A stretch of DNA of 64,000 nt, taken from assembly GCA_023213395.1 (NCBI GenBank), contig CM041465.1:250983741-251047740 (forward strand). Direction: 5' to 3'. A program made the translations under genes and the position numbers. A model generated the notes under the pieces. The model made no database searches. It was not told the DNA's origin and saw only the letters and a program-made list of their open reading frames with translations. Shown piece by piece: positions 39,901 to 52,751 of this stretch. The stretch's first letter is position 1. Each line of letters starts with the position of its first letter. The stretch is from Cycas panzhihuaensis. Its lineage: Eukaryota > Plantae > Cycadophyta.

Positions 39901-42634
39901 CTGATATGAAGTTGATAGAATCAACTTTTGACTTTATTAGTAAACATTATGATTATTGACAGTTCCTTTCTTCGAACAATAACTTTGAAAAATAACTTAG
40001 CCCCCTTTAAAAAACTGATTCTTGGTCACTTTGAGTGTTAAATATGACCTACTAGCTGAGAGACATGGGGGCTCAATACACAAAAGAAAAATATAATACT
40101 GAGCTATCTAATATTGAAATAGAAACCTTTAGAAGAATATTATACTTATGTTTTGCTACGTGATAATTGTGTATTAACTAGAATCACATGCAAAATGACA
40201 AAGATCAAGTTGCATGCATAAGAACATACATAAATATGATATAATATTAGGCACCCTCTTTCCATAAGGTAACTAAGGAAACAAGAAATTAATATATAAA
40301 AAAATATGTAAGGGATCCCAGATCTAAAACTGTAATTACAGATGTCGAGATTATCTTTCTATTACCCTAATTACAAAGTCAATGCAATGCAGGGTGTGAA
40401 TGGCAAATAGATAAAAATCATTAAAGCAATTGCTAGTTCATTATGCATGCCTTTTAATATAACCACTAAAAGTAGGAAATAAATATTACAAGGCACAAAA
40501 GTAGCATAGCCATGAATTTATATGTTCCTTATATTTTATGTGCCAAACTTTATAAAGTATTTACAAAATATTAATAGATGTAAATATTTGTGAGGCCATA
40601 AGAGTATCAACACAAATATTTACAAAGTTCATATATGGGATGCATGAGAATAGATGCCTTAATCAGAGAATAAAATATGATGTGTTAATATAATATATTA
40701 AATTGGAATTGTGGTAGTAGATTTAAAGAAAATATGCGAATATTAAGTTGAATGCGGCACAAATATTTTCTTTAAAGAGGGTCACATAAATATTTTAGAA
40801 GAAAGAAATTTACAGGCCAACATTCCTCAATGATGGCATCTATCTAGGAATAAGGCAAGAGTTATAATGGCATAAGCAAGCATCTGACTAAAAATAGAAC
40901 AACCAGTGTAATAAAAGAAAAGAAGGTATATTGGTAAAGGATGTTAAGGAAAGATATGAGCAATCAAATTTATTTATTAAATTAATATAGAATGTGACAG
41001 TCTGGTGTGCTTAGATGCCTCATGCAGGCTTGAGAGAAATGGATTGAAGATAGAAGATGCAAGCACAAAGATACAAAGATGTAAGTATAAAAGAGGAAAT
41101 ATACCATATGATCTTTAATAATGAGCTTTTCGATATTGCAAGAAGATGCTTCTACTAGTGGAACTGAAGAGGAAAGATTGTGTCTTCTTCCAAGTATTCA
41201 TCTACCCAACGTTAATATTAATCTCATTGCTCCATAAAAACTAGGCTTTGCATAGGCTAATCTCAAATTTAGATTCTAGTAAAGATTGAACCCAAAATAA
41301 ATAGACACACTCAACTATGATGAATGTAAAAAGAAGGTGTATTACCACGAGGTGATTCTAATAATAAATCTATTATCAAATCCAGATAAAAATTGAGCTA
41401 ATAAAGATAGGCACACATATAAAGGTCAATTGTATATGCATAAATGAACAAGAGAGTACACATATACCAACAATATATGTAATAATAAACACTTCATAAC
41501 TTCTTCATAGCTTGAATGAGACTCTTGACAACTTCTCCAATATTGGATCTTGAACAATCACTTTTGCAACTTGGGAATTCCTGAACTAAGCTCTAAATTC
41601 TTAAGCTAAGCTCTAATACCAAATGATAGAATTAGGGGATATAGGAAGCAAAGAGAATACACAAGAGAGTAAACCATCAATCTGATAGAATGGTAGTATT
41701 GATGAATACTAGGGTCTTCAGACTCCATGAATAAATAAGCAAGATGTGAGTGGGATGTGGTATATCACTTAACATCTACCATTAATTGGAACTAAAAAAT
41801 GTTAGATAGGATGCTGCCAATATCTAACATGATGCAACTATGTATGGCTAAGGTTTGACATAATGCCATCATGGTATCTCTACCAATATCTAGGTTATCA
41901 CCCTAATATGGGCACTTTACTCTAGGTAGATACAAGCCCCAATGGGAATTATTCCAACAAAAATAAAGAATGAAATTAATAAAAAGAGTTAGGAAATTCA
42001 TATAGATGTTCCAGTTTCCTCCTCTCTTCCTAAAAGGTTACCCAAGTGATATACTCAAACCATCAAAGATTCCAAGGTTAGTGACATTAATATTGATGCA
42101 AGTGTTCAAATATCGAGCAAGTTTAATTTTGTCTTAATGTTAAATTTATTAAACATTGATAAACTTGAGCCATTTGCTTAAGATAAAGATGTATCTCACT
42201 GGTAATCAACTATGTAGGAGTAGTATGACTCTATTCTTAAAATTGACACATGGAATTTTATTAAACTTCCTTCAAGGAAGGAAGCTATTATTTATATATG
42301 GGTGTATAAAGTGAGGTATTAACTGGATGGTGTTATTGACATATATAAGGTTCAACTTGAAGCCAAGGGATATGCATATACTAAAGTTATAGAATTTAAA
42401 GAGACATTTGTACCTATAGCCAAAATGACTACCATTCAAATGTTGGTTAATCTTGCATCTCATTTTAGTTAGGAACTCTACTAGATGGATGTTGAGAGTG
42501 CTTTCCTTTATTGCATTCCTAACGAGGTGGTCTATATATAGTAGCCTAAAGGTTTTATGTAGGTTGACAAGGATATTAATAGTTAACAACTACCTTAGGC
42601 TATAAGTATTACATAGGGATATAATAAAAAGGCT

Positions 42635-42998
42635 ATCTACTTTGGCATTCTAAGCTTTAGGGATATGGTGAATTTAGATATGGGTGAATTATGCTAAGAG
42701 ATACCTAGTTGAGTTAATAAACATATAAAGCTTGGACTTAAGTGTTTGACTTTTATTAGTTAACTGGTAGATAACCAAGAGGGAATCTATGAAAAGGATG
42801 ATGTAATAGACTTGGGGACATGTTGCATTTTGAAGGGAACCTATAACAAGAACATACTTAGCTATGTTATTCATAGTAGAGGGGAGAAAAATCCCCACAC
42901 TTATAATGACATAACTAGAATGAGTTCTAATAACCCAGTCAATAGCGAAACACCTAGGGTTTCCCTAAATTTCCATGTTTATATGAATGATATATGCC
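42635..42998 (-). pseudogene. Archaeal-type RNase H (aRH) domain remnant of the Tat retrotransposon type
   Basis: Translation *GNPRCFAIDWVIR...TMNNIAKY..VIGSLQNA...IDSLLVIYQL...LLA*FTHI*IHHIP fits the aRH pattern GNPG..G.VIR..TNN.AEY.ALI.GL..A..GDS.LV..Q..HIPR. Confidence 0.85.
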
Positions 42999-44512
42999 AT
43001 AAATGTAGTAATGACTTATGGGGGTTTTATTAAGAAGCAATTAGATAGATAAGGGAGGATGGTAAATAATTAAGAGAAAGATATTTTGGTAGAACTACAA
43101 GAGAACAAGGGAATTCATAGGTGGTGCAAAGGTAAGAGTTGATAGCTACAATAGGTTTTAATTCAAATGAAATCCATATTGGGATAGAATAATGTTAAAT
43201 TTGAAGGTCCTATAGGGCATAAATAATCTAGATCTAAACTATCGAGTAGTAGGTAGAAAAGATACTAGCACACAACTTATATTAGATGCTAAGATGTTGT
43301 TATTAAAGGGAATAATGGAAATTTACTTTACTTTTATACTTTAAACTTGCATACACATCATAACACCAAGTAGGATTCAATCATTAGAGGGGATTAGTGG
43401 TCTACAACCAAGATCCGAAGTCGCTAAATGGTCCAACCAACCTAGACTTGAATTACCATGTGGTAGGTGGGGCTAAGATCATCATGAAACCTACCTTAGA
43501 TGCCAAGATAGTGGTCTATGATAGTAATTATTAGGAAAAGGGGGTATGCTAAGGTAAATACCCTATTCACTTAGGTGACTTATTTGATAGAGTGGATGGG
43601 TCATGTGATCCCTCAATTGATCTAAGGATACAAGAAAGAATTTGAGAAGTGAAAGTCCTTGAAAAAACATATGGCATAAGTGGGATTAACAATGGACTTT
43701 AGATGTAGACGAGAATGCAAAGATGATGAGAGAGTAAAGGGGAAACCAAGGATTAGTAAGCACTAGGACTAAGTAATTAAAACTTAAGTGGAAAGAGTAG
43801 AATTAATCCTCATCAACTATAATAAATAAGTGTAGAATAGGGTAAAAGATGACTGTAAATCAAAGAAAGTGAAACTAGAATGAGGATAAAGGAACTAGCC
43901 TAACACCAACTAAACTTAGCTAGTTTTTAATAGAAGAAAGGAGCTTGTAAAGGAGGATATGTAGACCTAAATAAAACTATATTAAATTACTAACCTATAG
44001 TAAATAAGTAATTAAACCTACAAAACACTAGAAAACATAAGTAAAAATAGGATCTAATGAAAGATATGGTAAAAAAAAGGTAATAAATAATTAATAATCA
44101 GGAAACTAATTTATTATTATTTCATTCTTTTAACCAAAAAGTAGGAGTGAGGGTGAGAGTGAGAGTGCCCTTAAGTAATGAACATAAGGGAAGGTTTAAA
44201 AGATTATACTTATGCTAAAGTATATTATAGTTTTAGGGTCATTACAAAGCATGGAAACTTAAAAAAAAAAGGCTTAGAATGAATGGAGAATAGGGACATT
44301 AAATCCTAGAATGAACGGAAATAACCAAGAAGGATTAAATATACCACCCTCATAAATTCAAAGTCACTGAGTTCATTAAGTAACCAAAGTTAGCAAGTAA
44401 AATAATCTAAACTAAATTTCTAAGGGTGGAGGATTAATTATATTAACTACCTTAACAAGGAATTAAATAAAACTTTGAAAGAACATACCTACAAAGAGTT
44501 ATAAGTCCCTAT

Positions 44513-45149
44513 TATTGAGAAAACTAGGTCCCAATAACTAGAAATAGCCACCAAGATCTAAACTGTTTTACAACTAGTTATAGAAATTAAAATTAAAATT
44601 TAATATGTAAGTTCTTAAACTAGAGATAATATAATAAATAAATTAGAAAGCCAAAGCACCATATATACATCAGATATAATATGGTAAAACCCTAGCAGTG
44701 TCCTAGGAAAACATCTACACAGACAAGGTATCGATCTTTATTATCCAAAAGTGGAGAAATGTATATAATCTGTAGTAGAATACTCATAGCAATAATAACC
44801 AATAACCTCTTCTCAATACAGTACATCTAATACATCGAATACCATCAACATAACAAAAAAAACACCATAAATTAGGCTATATGAGAGAGTCATATAAGGC
44901 ACAAATCTTGACTATTAAATTTAGGGTATTTTAAATGAACAACCATGATTCTCTTTATAATTTAATATGTTTTATAGTACTAGCTTTTTGGATTAGGGGT
45001 TACCACTCCTGAACCCCCTCTTTGTAGGGGGGGTTTGACACCCCATGCACCCCCTAGCCAAGGGGGGCTCTTGCCCCCTTTAGATCACCCCACAAAAGTT
45101 TAAGGGGGAAACTGTGCTACCAACCTATCAAAAATTTACCTCCAAAACA
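44513..45149 (-). mobile_element. Probable solo LTR with GC-rich hairpins
   Basis: Ends tattgag.. (decayed TGTTG) and ..cctccaaaaca. Degenerate TSD ctat(t)/ttgt(t). Not repeated in the window. A Copia origin is suggested only by my recollection of similar conifer LTRs. Confidence 0.6.
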
Positions 45150-45399
45150 TTGTTGTCACATTATCTAACACTTATCATCATCATGTCACCTAATTAACCA
45201 ATGCTCATATGACCGTTCTAAAACGAGACTTGTTACTTAATGGATAAACCCTTGCATCCATTTAAAAAGTAATAAATCTTTAAGGTATATTAAATTCTCC
45301 ATTGGTTATTTCTAGGTGTAAGAGGTTTTTAGGGTCCTTTACCCTACTCAAGACCTCCTTAGCCCACAATTCTCATGAGGGACCATCTAATTAAATATT

Positions 45400-48300
45400 T
45401 CCTTCCATCCTAAGGTTTATCTTACCAAAAACTTAATCATTCTAAGACTTCATTTTTAGGGCTTAAGTTGCCTTATGCTTGTATGAGGGCATGAAGATTA
45501 CGTACCTCTAAGCACTAAGCTTAAGAAGAAGATTATAGTTTAAGCTCATTATAGAGCATAAATAGTTTAACCTTATTTTAGAGTGTATTATAATTAACCT
45601 CACAATGAAATGTAAGTAGTTTAACCTCATTTCAAAGTTGATCATCGTTTAAGCTCATTATAGAGTGAAGGGGATGAGTTAGGCATAATATAGATGGAGG
45701 AACTTAGAGTTAACAAGACTCTTGAGTTCACTCCCATCCATCATGGAAATACTATATGCTTTATTGTCTAGATCATTGATCATTAGATAAGGAATAATCC
45801 TTTTAGGCATGACTTTACATTATCTCTCATGAAGGTATTCAAACTTTAAGACCTTATCACCTATTTTAAACTTACAGAGACGTAGATTCCTATCACTTGG
45901 GCCTTTCTCGTTGAAGAGATGATGGTCTGATGAGTGCAAAGATGCATCTCGTCAAGTTGCTCAAGCTTGAGGAGGTGAGTTTGGCATAACTATGCTTCAT
46001 TAATAAATCCTTTAAGGGAAATCCTAATAGATGAAATCTTAACTTCCAATGGTAGGATGGTCTTGAGTGATTTTTTGACATGTAGTTTGAAGGTATCTAG
46101 ATGTCAAGGATGGAAAAATCATTGGCATAGATGCATAGGCCTAGCCCTTAGAATATAGGTATGATGTTGGACTACTATAATAGGGTGGATTGCCATTGTA
46201 TCAAAAGGGTCTAATATAGAAATGGATGAGCGCTTAATGGAGGATTCCTTGACTTGATAAACTTCTTGTGGGGAGTAGTTAGCTCTAACTTTTATGATAT
46301 GAGGATCATTCATGATGTCAAAGTTGACATCAATAATTTCACCATCTAATAGGGTGGAACCCTTCTCAAAGTGAAGAGGGGCAGGGTTGATAAGTGATGT
46401 GGTTAAAAGGGCTTCTTAAACTTGAGAAGCTAATGGAGAAGAAGGGTGAATATATTTAGCAAATCCTAACTTGTAATGGTTGGGTAATAAGTTAGGGGAT
46501 GAACCAACAAGGTGTTTTAAGATAGCTTCGTCATTCTCAAAATGGTTGAGACTATGAATGGCTTAGCTAATTATTTTTACATCTTTGATTTTAATGCCTT
46601 TACTATTAAAAGGCCTATCAAATTCAAAATATTGACTAACCAAAGGGAAATAAATGGTGGTTTAGTCTCATCATTCTTAGGAAGGGCATATTCCATGAAG
46701 ATTTATTATTATTGGGGCTTATGGCAATGATGAACTACTTAGACTTCCCCTTCATAAAAAAATAGAGTTCACCAAAATCAAAGGAATAAATGGCTCCCAT
46801 CTGGTTCATCCAAGGCCATCCCAACAACATATTATACTCAAGGTCTAAATCAATAATGGGAAACTTGGTTACTATGGTTTTTCCCCAAAGTGTGAGGGGA
46901 AGAGAGACCTAACTAATATGTACCATTTGTATTTTGTTAAATCCTTAGCACACCCAATTGATACGTTTGAAAGTAGATATGCCAAGGGGCTTAAAGAACT
47001 AAAGGGATAGGAAGCTAGTACCAATGCCTTTATTGACAATGATCCTTTTATAGGTCCATTCACCACTTAGGATATAAATGACAAAGGGAGGGATGTTTCA
47101 ATACTTGTGATAATTGCTAAAGTGAGAAGGGTCAAAGGTAATAAAATGCTCACTTGAGTTTAATTATTTGAAGCTAAGGGCATTGAGTAAGAGTTAGGTT
47201 TTCTTAGGGTAATTCTTAAGTAAATCAAGCATAAAAATCCTTATAGATATAAACTTGGGCTTCTCAATGATGAAATGTCTTTAATCTTAGAAATCTAAGG
47301 GGAAATACAATAAAAATTAATTTCAATAGGTTGATGTGATATTTTAGGGATTTTATACGTTCACTTAGATGAAGAGCCAGTTTCAAAATTCTTTGACTTA
47401 TGAGTTTTAACCTCAAGGAGGTTAGCCATCCCCACCATGTTGATGGTTTTATCTTGGGAATCTTAGCCATCCTTAGGAGGGGTCTTTTAATTTTGATAAT
47501 TATTATTTTTACCCTTAATATACTTGGTAGGAGTGGAACCTTCTTCAATTTTAGACTCAAAACTAGAAGAGTGATTTCCTCCTTAGTGGGATTCTTTCCT
47601 TTATATTTGTCTTTGTGATTAAGAAAAGGGTCAACATGAATCAATAAGTCCTTATTCTAATGGGATGGTTATTGATTAGTTGGGGCACAATTCATTCTAG
47701 GTTATTAAGTTTATTATACTCAAAATAATCGTGAGTATCTACTTAGTAATATATGTACTAAGGGCCCTTTCGGTTAGAAGATGGAGGAAGAGCCTTTGAT
47801 AGTTTGTCAAAATTTTGATCTACAAGATGGAATGTCTTAAAATCCTTTGAAGGTTTAAGAGAAAATGTTGAAAGCTTGATCGTGATAGAATATCATATAG
47901 AATGTAGGGTAGAGGAAAGTTACTCATAAGCCTTGTCACCTTAGATACGTTTAAGTTCACAAGTAACCACTTACATGGGAACAAAAAAGGACTTATTCAA
48001 CTTCTTGACTCCAACTTAAATTTCAAAAGACTCAAGGGCTAAACACCTATTTATAGTACTTTTATAGGTAGTGGGTTTGAGTTTTAGCACCTCAAGGTGG
48101 ACATGAGGCTTAAGCACATTGGTGAATAGGTTAAAAAAATGGTCATCAACTAAGGGACATTAGCAAGCATGAACTAAGTCTTGAAAGTGACAAATAAAAT
48201 CCCTAAAGGACCCATCTGCCTCTTGTTTAATTGACAAGAGTGCTCCTTATCTTAAAAGGATAAGCAATATTGAAATAATTGATGAACAAGTCTACAAGTT

Positions 48301-51300
48301 GTTGAAAGGAAAGGATGGATATATGTGGTAATCTGTAGAACCATTTTTGGGCATTATCCACCAAAGTTTTTGGGAAGATTCTCATCATGATATGGTCATA
48401 TAGTAAGTAGGGAGTGCATGCTAGTGAAAAAGATTTCACATGAGTAACTGGATCTTATTCAAATCACCACTAAACTTATGTAATTTAGGTACAAATGGTG
48501 AGAGTAAATAAAAGATGACATATTAAGAGATGGGGTTCCTCTTATAATCAGTGAAGGTCCTCCTTAACATAAGAGAAGAGGAGGAAGAAAGTAGGTATGC
48601 ACTATATTGAAGGATAAGACCCACTCGATAAGTAAGTTGACCTTGGGGAGGAGTAGAGTAAGTGATGCCTAATGCACCTAAGAAGAAGATGGACCACCAT
48701 GCAATTGAGGAGATGATTGCATGTGAGTCATGTTAGTCCAAGGTTCTTGAGAAATGGGCATATTGGATTGTGATAGGGCCTAAGGAGCATGGATTTTTCC
48801 ACCAAAAGGAGGCTATGTACCTAAGCCTTAGTATGATGTGAATGGCTAACTATAGGATCCTCTAGGTTAGGGATCAACTCCCCAAGCAGGTTGAGAAGTG
48901 GATATGGAAATTGATTACTAAAGGGATGGGGTGATACCAATAGAAAGTGGATGTGGTTATATATAAATAAGAGGCATCTGATTGAGGGGAATATATCCCA
49001 CTTAAATAGAGTAAATCAACATTGAAATAGGTGCTTGAGTGGATGAGAAAGAGTGGGAAAACCTATGTAAAGGAGGAAGGGATTGTCCCCATGTAGGGTT
49101 GGTAGATGTACTAACCTCTTTTGAATGGATAAGGGATTACCCTCAAGTAAGGTTGGTAGATGTACTAACCCTTTATGAAAGGGTAATAAATGTATGGGAT
49201 CAAAAGGTGGTGTGATAAAATAGGTTGGAGGAATGAGAGCACCTTACATAGGACCATATTTGAAAGATGAAGGACCTTAAAGGGACATGGAAGTTTTAGA
49301 GTCTAAAACTTAGGTATCAGATATATATATAGTATGTCAAGAGGTGGGTGTCATAAAAGATGTTAAAGACCAAGGGTAGCTAGTGGTAGTGGAAACCATT
49401 TGATGAGAAACATGGGGAGTTCCTACTTATGTAGGGTAGCCCAATCTAAGGATATTAAGGAGAGGGTCATTAGAAGGTAGATCATCGCCTTGAGAAGGAG
49501 GTAGATTAAAGCCTTGATGGGGTATGCCTTAAAGAGAGGAAAACTCCCTAAAAGGGAGTTATTCCAATGTGTGATTAACCAAACTAGTTGTGTGTGATGG
49601 CCTACTAATATGTTGGGTAAAAAATATAGGCATATGAGTAGGAGTTAGTGAAGGGTATAAGGAGATTGAGCTCCTCTAAGTTGAGACTTAAGTGAGGGTA
49701 TGGAATCATGGGCTCTAGGTTGAAGTCCTTGAATACAAGTAGATCATCTAGTTACCTTGAAGGTTAAAGGCTTTTTTTATTTACCCATGGTGGATGATAG
49801 GGCAAGAAGTTTGACTAAATGTGGGTAAAATATACTTGGGTGATAAAGTAATCTTGAAAGTATAAGGCTAAGTGATAAGAAAAGGTTCTTAACCAAATGG
49901 TAAGAGGAATGGTGCTAAAGCAAATGGCAAGAGGAAGGTGCTTAAGCAATAAAGGATCCTTAAGAATGTAAGGACAAGTGATGAATAAAGGGTACCAAAG
50001 ATAATAGGGTGCTCTTAAAAGTATAAAGGTATAAGTCCAAGAGATGAAAGATCGATGCTAAACCAAGTGGTAATTATATAAATAGAAGAGTTCTTGAATA
50101 AAGCGTGCTTAATAAAGTGAGAGAAAGGTTCCCAAATGACAAAGGGCTCTTAAAGGTGTAAGGGTTAGGTGTATGAATGATGTGTACCAATCAAATGTAA
50201 AAGACTCTTAAAGGCATAAGGAAAGAGCGTAATGTGATCAAAAGAGGGTATAAGACCAAGTGATAATGTGACCAAGACAAGAGTAGGTATATGATCAAAA
50301 GAGGAAATGAGGTTCTCACTTACTTACTATGGTCAATGTTCACTTGGGATTTTAGGAGGTCCCAAGTGGACTAGCCCTCCTATAGGAAGAAGGGGTGTAA
50401 TGAATGGAAGAACCAAAGAAAGTATAATAAAAGGTCTTTTAGGGACTCACAGAAGGACACGATATAGAGTTGATCCAAGGTAAGACTCTAAAAAGGTATG
50501 AATGGCCTAAATTAGACCTACATAATGGCAAAGATAAAGGTAGACTCAAACATAATTTATAACTTTGTATTTTTATTTTTTAGAGATTAAGAGAAAGGGA
50601 TTATAAAAGTGGGGAATAGTTTAAAAGGAAATCATATGAGTCTTTATTACCTTTTCTATGCCCCTTACTATGTTGAACCAATGTTGTCTAAGGCTTGGGT
50701 ATTAGTGCTTGATCATACCTCACTTTGTATGCTAACTTATAACCAAACATGCTTAGCCAAAAATGATAGATCCCAGTTAGGGTCATTGCTTTATAACTTT
50801 GATTTTATTATGAGTCTCCTTATATTTCTACCTAATGAGAAGAGGATACTACCCTTATATCTCCTTGATGCCCCTCACCTTATATATCGATAGTGAATTG
50901 GGTACTTTTAGGATCTTAAATTCATATGTTCAAGGGTGATAATCTTCATAATTATTATTTTTATTATAGGGAGTCTAATGCATATAAGCATATATAATAA
51001 TGTATGCAAATTAGAATACCTAAATAAACATACTAGGCAAATATGTAATTTTACTTTAAATTATTCATACTAAGTAATGTGGAAATGAAACAAACATGTC
51101 TCTACAAACAAACCTAAAAAACAAAACAAAAACCAAGATATCTAAGTCCAAGTGTACTTACACTTGGCTTGCCACTTTTATAATCACATGACCTATGTGA
51201 ATAAAGGAAATGAGCAAGTTTAATAGAAAAATAAGAGGGAAAAGGTGAAGAAAGAAGGGGATTACCCTTGAGGAGGTATCTTGCTTTGTAAGGTTTATTA

Positions 51301-52672
51301 ATTATCTTAATTAAATGTGATATGTTATTTTCTCCAAGTATAAAGGTTTCTTAAATTAAGTCTTAAGGGAGGTCACCTCATGTGAACTAGATTACTATAA
51401 GACATGGCATACCTCAAAGAGAAAGTTATGCAAAGTGGATCTTAGTTGAACCCACTTTGCTGCCACAAGTTACAATGAAAATTATAAAAAAAAGGTAAAT
51501 TCTTGAATGAAAGGATTTATTGCATGTTAGTATACCTACTTAAGGAGGTGGTAGGCACCTTAGAATTGTGCTTTGAAGATAGTGAATCCTACAAATGAAA
51601 TGCTAGTGAGGATAGAGGAGGTGAGGCAATCATGTATGTATGAAAAATAGGCTTAAACAAGCAAAGCTACCATAATCAAGAGGAAGCCCCTTCATTGTGA
51701 ATCTAATCATAATGACAAGTGCAATAAGAAATCCAACTTGAAGTGGTGAAAATCAAATAAGAAGCATCCAAGCAATAATCTTCATCCAAGTAAAATGTTT
51801 AAGTATAACTAAGCCAAATCTTATGCCTAAAATTCTAATAAGTAGATTCAAATATGGAGGGTTGTTAATGATGCCTTAAGAGAGCTAAAACCTACTAGAA
51901 ATCAAAATGTAAACTCACAAAAAAATATGAAAAAGAGGGGATTTGGAGGAAAAATGAAGTTCCAATGTTATGGATAAAAGAGGGTTGTGATATCCTTCTC
52001 CTTTGAAGCTAACAATCTTCAAGCAATACACTCAAAGAGATCTTCAACAAGTGATACTAATCTCTAAACCTATATACACAAGAAAACAAAGAAATAAATT
52101 AGCAAAAAACACTAAAAGGACATCATTTTGTTAAGCCAATGAAGAGCTTTCAAACCAAATGAGCATATGGGAATTCATAGGCTTCCTTGAATGTGATTTT
52201 TACTAAAAAAACCACTTGTTTGTGCCTAAGGTTTCTCAATGAAGTATTTAGTAGGATAAAAAAAATTACATACTAAATCAAGCCAAAATACATGATTTTT
52301 TAAAAAGTCACTAAATAGAATTTTGATAGAGAAGTTTGGCAGATAGGCCCTATCAAAATCATAATGGTATCATTAAAATAGTATAATAATGCCACCAAAG
52401 TTTTGATAGTACCATCAAAAATTTGAGGATATTTTAGACCACCATAATTTTGGTGGTATACCATTAAACTAATTTAGCAGACATAGAACAATTTTGATAG
52501 GGCCCGTATAATGGTGGCAGACTAACCCTATCGAAATCCAAAAACATATATAAAAAATAAGACATTCAATAAGAAAATATTAAAACAAGAGCATAAGATT
52601 ATTCAAAAATCAAACTTAGATATAATAAAGGAGAATGTCTAGAATTTTAAGTGGGAAAATTTTAATTTTATA
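45400..52672 (-). mobile_element. Element I: Tat-type Gypsy deletion derivative (gag, protease, integrase C-terminus only)
   Basis: Gag MRIFPKTLVDNAQKWFYRLP (48227-48439). Protease RIIVNKG..YNMLLGWPW (46800-47060). Integrase end FKIGDKVL..PYLM..AYSISMMDG..VNSKFLHLYYA* (45680-45890). PBS-like cttgcca at ~51170 precedes a putative 5' LTR ~51180-52672. The boundaries are uncertain. Confidence 0.7.
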
Positions 52673-52751
52673 TGCATTGATTATAATCATTAATACCTTA
52701 GGAAAGGGGGTTCAAAGCATAAGTTGATAATATACCAAGTAAGTAACACCA

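Larger units (their letters stand above)
28506..41959 (-). mobile_element. Element G: Ty1/Copia inserted in F
   Basis: LTRs ~28506-28849 and 41624-41959, both ending aatgggaattattccaaca. PBS gctctaatacca at 41610-41621. PPT tttctccccct. TSD aaaac/aaaat. Gag ATG at 39360 (MASNIRNVMMPKFDG). Integrase ~37000-37700. RT and RNase H at 28900-30330. Confidence 0.9.
25109..42573 (+). mobile_element. Element F: Ty1/Copia related to B, truncated in RT and interrupted by G
   Basis: 5' LTR 25109-25450 with decayed PBS tagtataagagc. Gag from ~26310 (RNLLYSCKM). WYIDFGVSKH protease. Integrase at 27780-28500. RT resumes after 41960 and stops at ~42573. No 3' LTR found in the window. Confidence 0.85.

Noticed and set aside
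39960-41450. Possible additional insertion in the long leader of Copia G
   Set aside because: The leader is unusually long, but I could not find matching termini or a TSD.
43960-44719. tgtagacc..catctaca as a solo LTR
   Set aside because: The flanks ggata and cagac do not form a TSD, and 44719 lies inside the better-supported 44513-45149 unit. The region 43960-45400 remains unresolved.
45520-45665. Spaced direct repeats (gtttaagctcattatagag, agtttaacct.attt) as a CRISPR-like array
   Set aside because: Only two copies of each with irregular spacing and no cas genes. These are ordinary repeats in a Tat 3' region.
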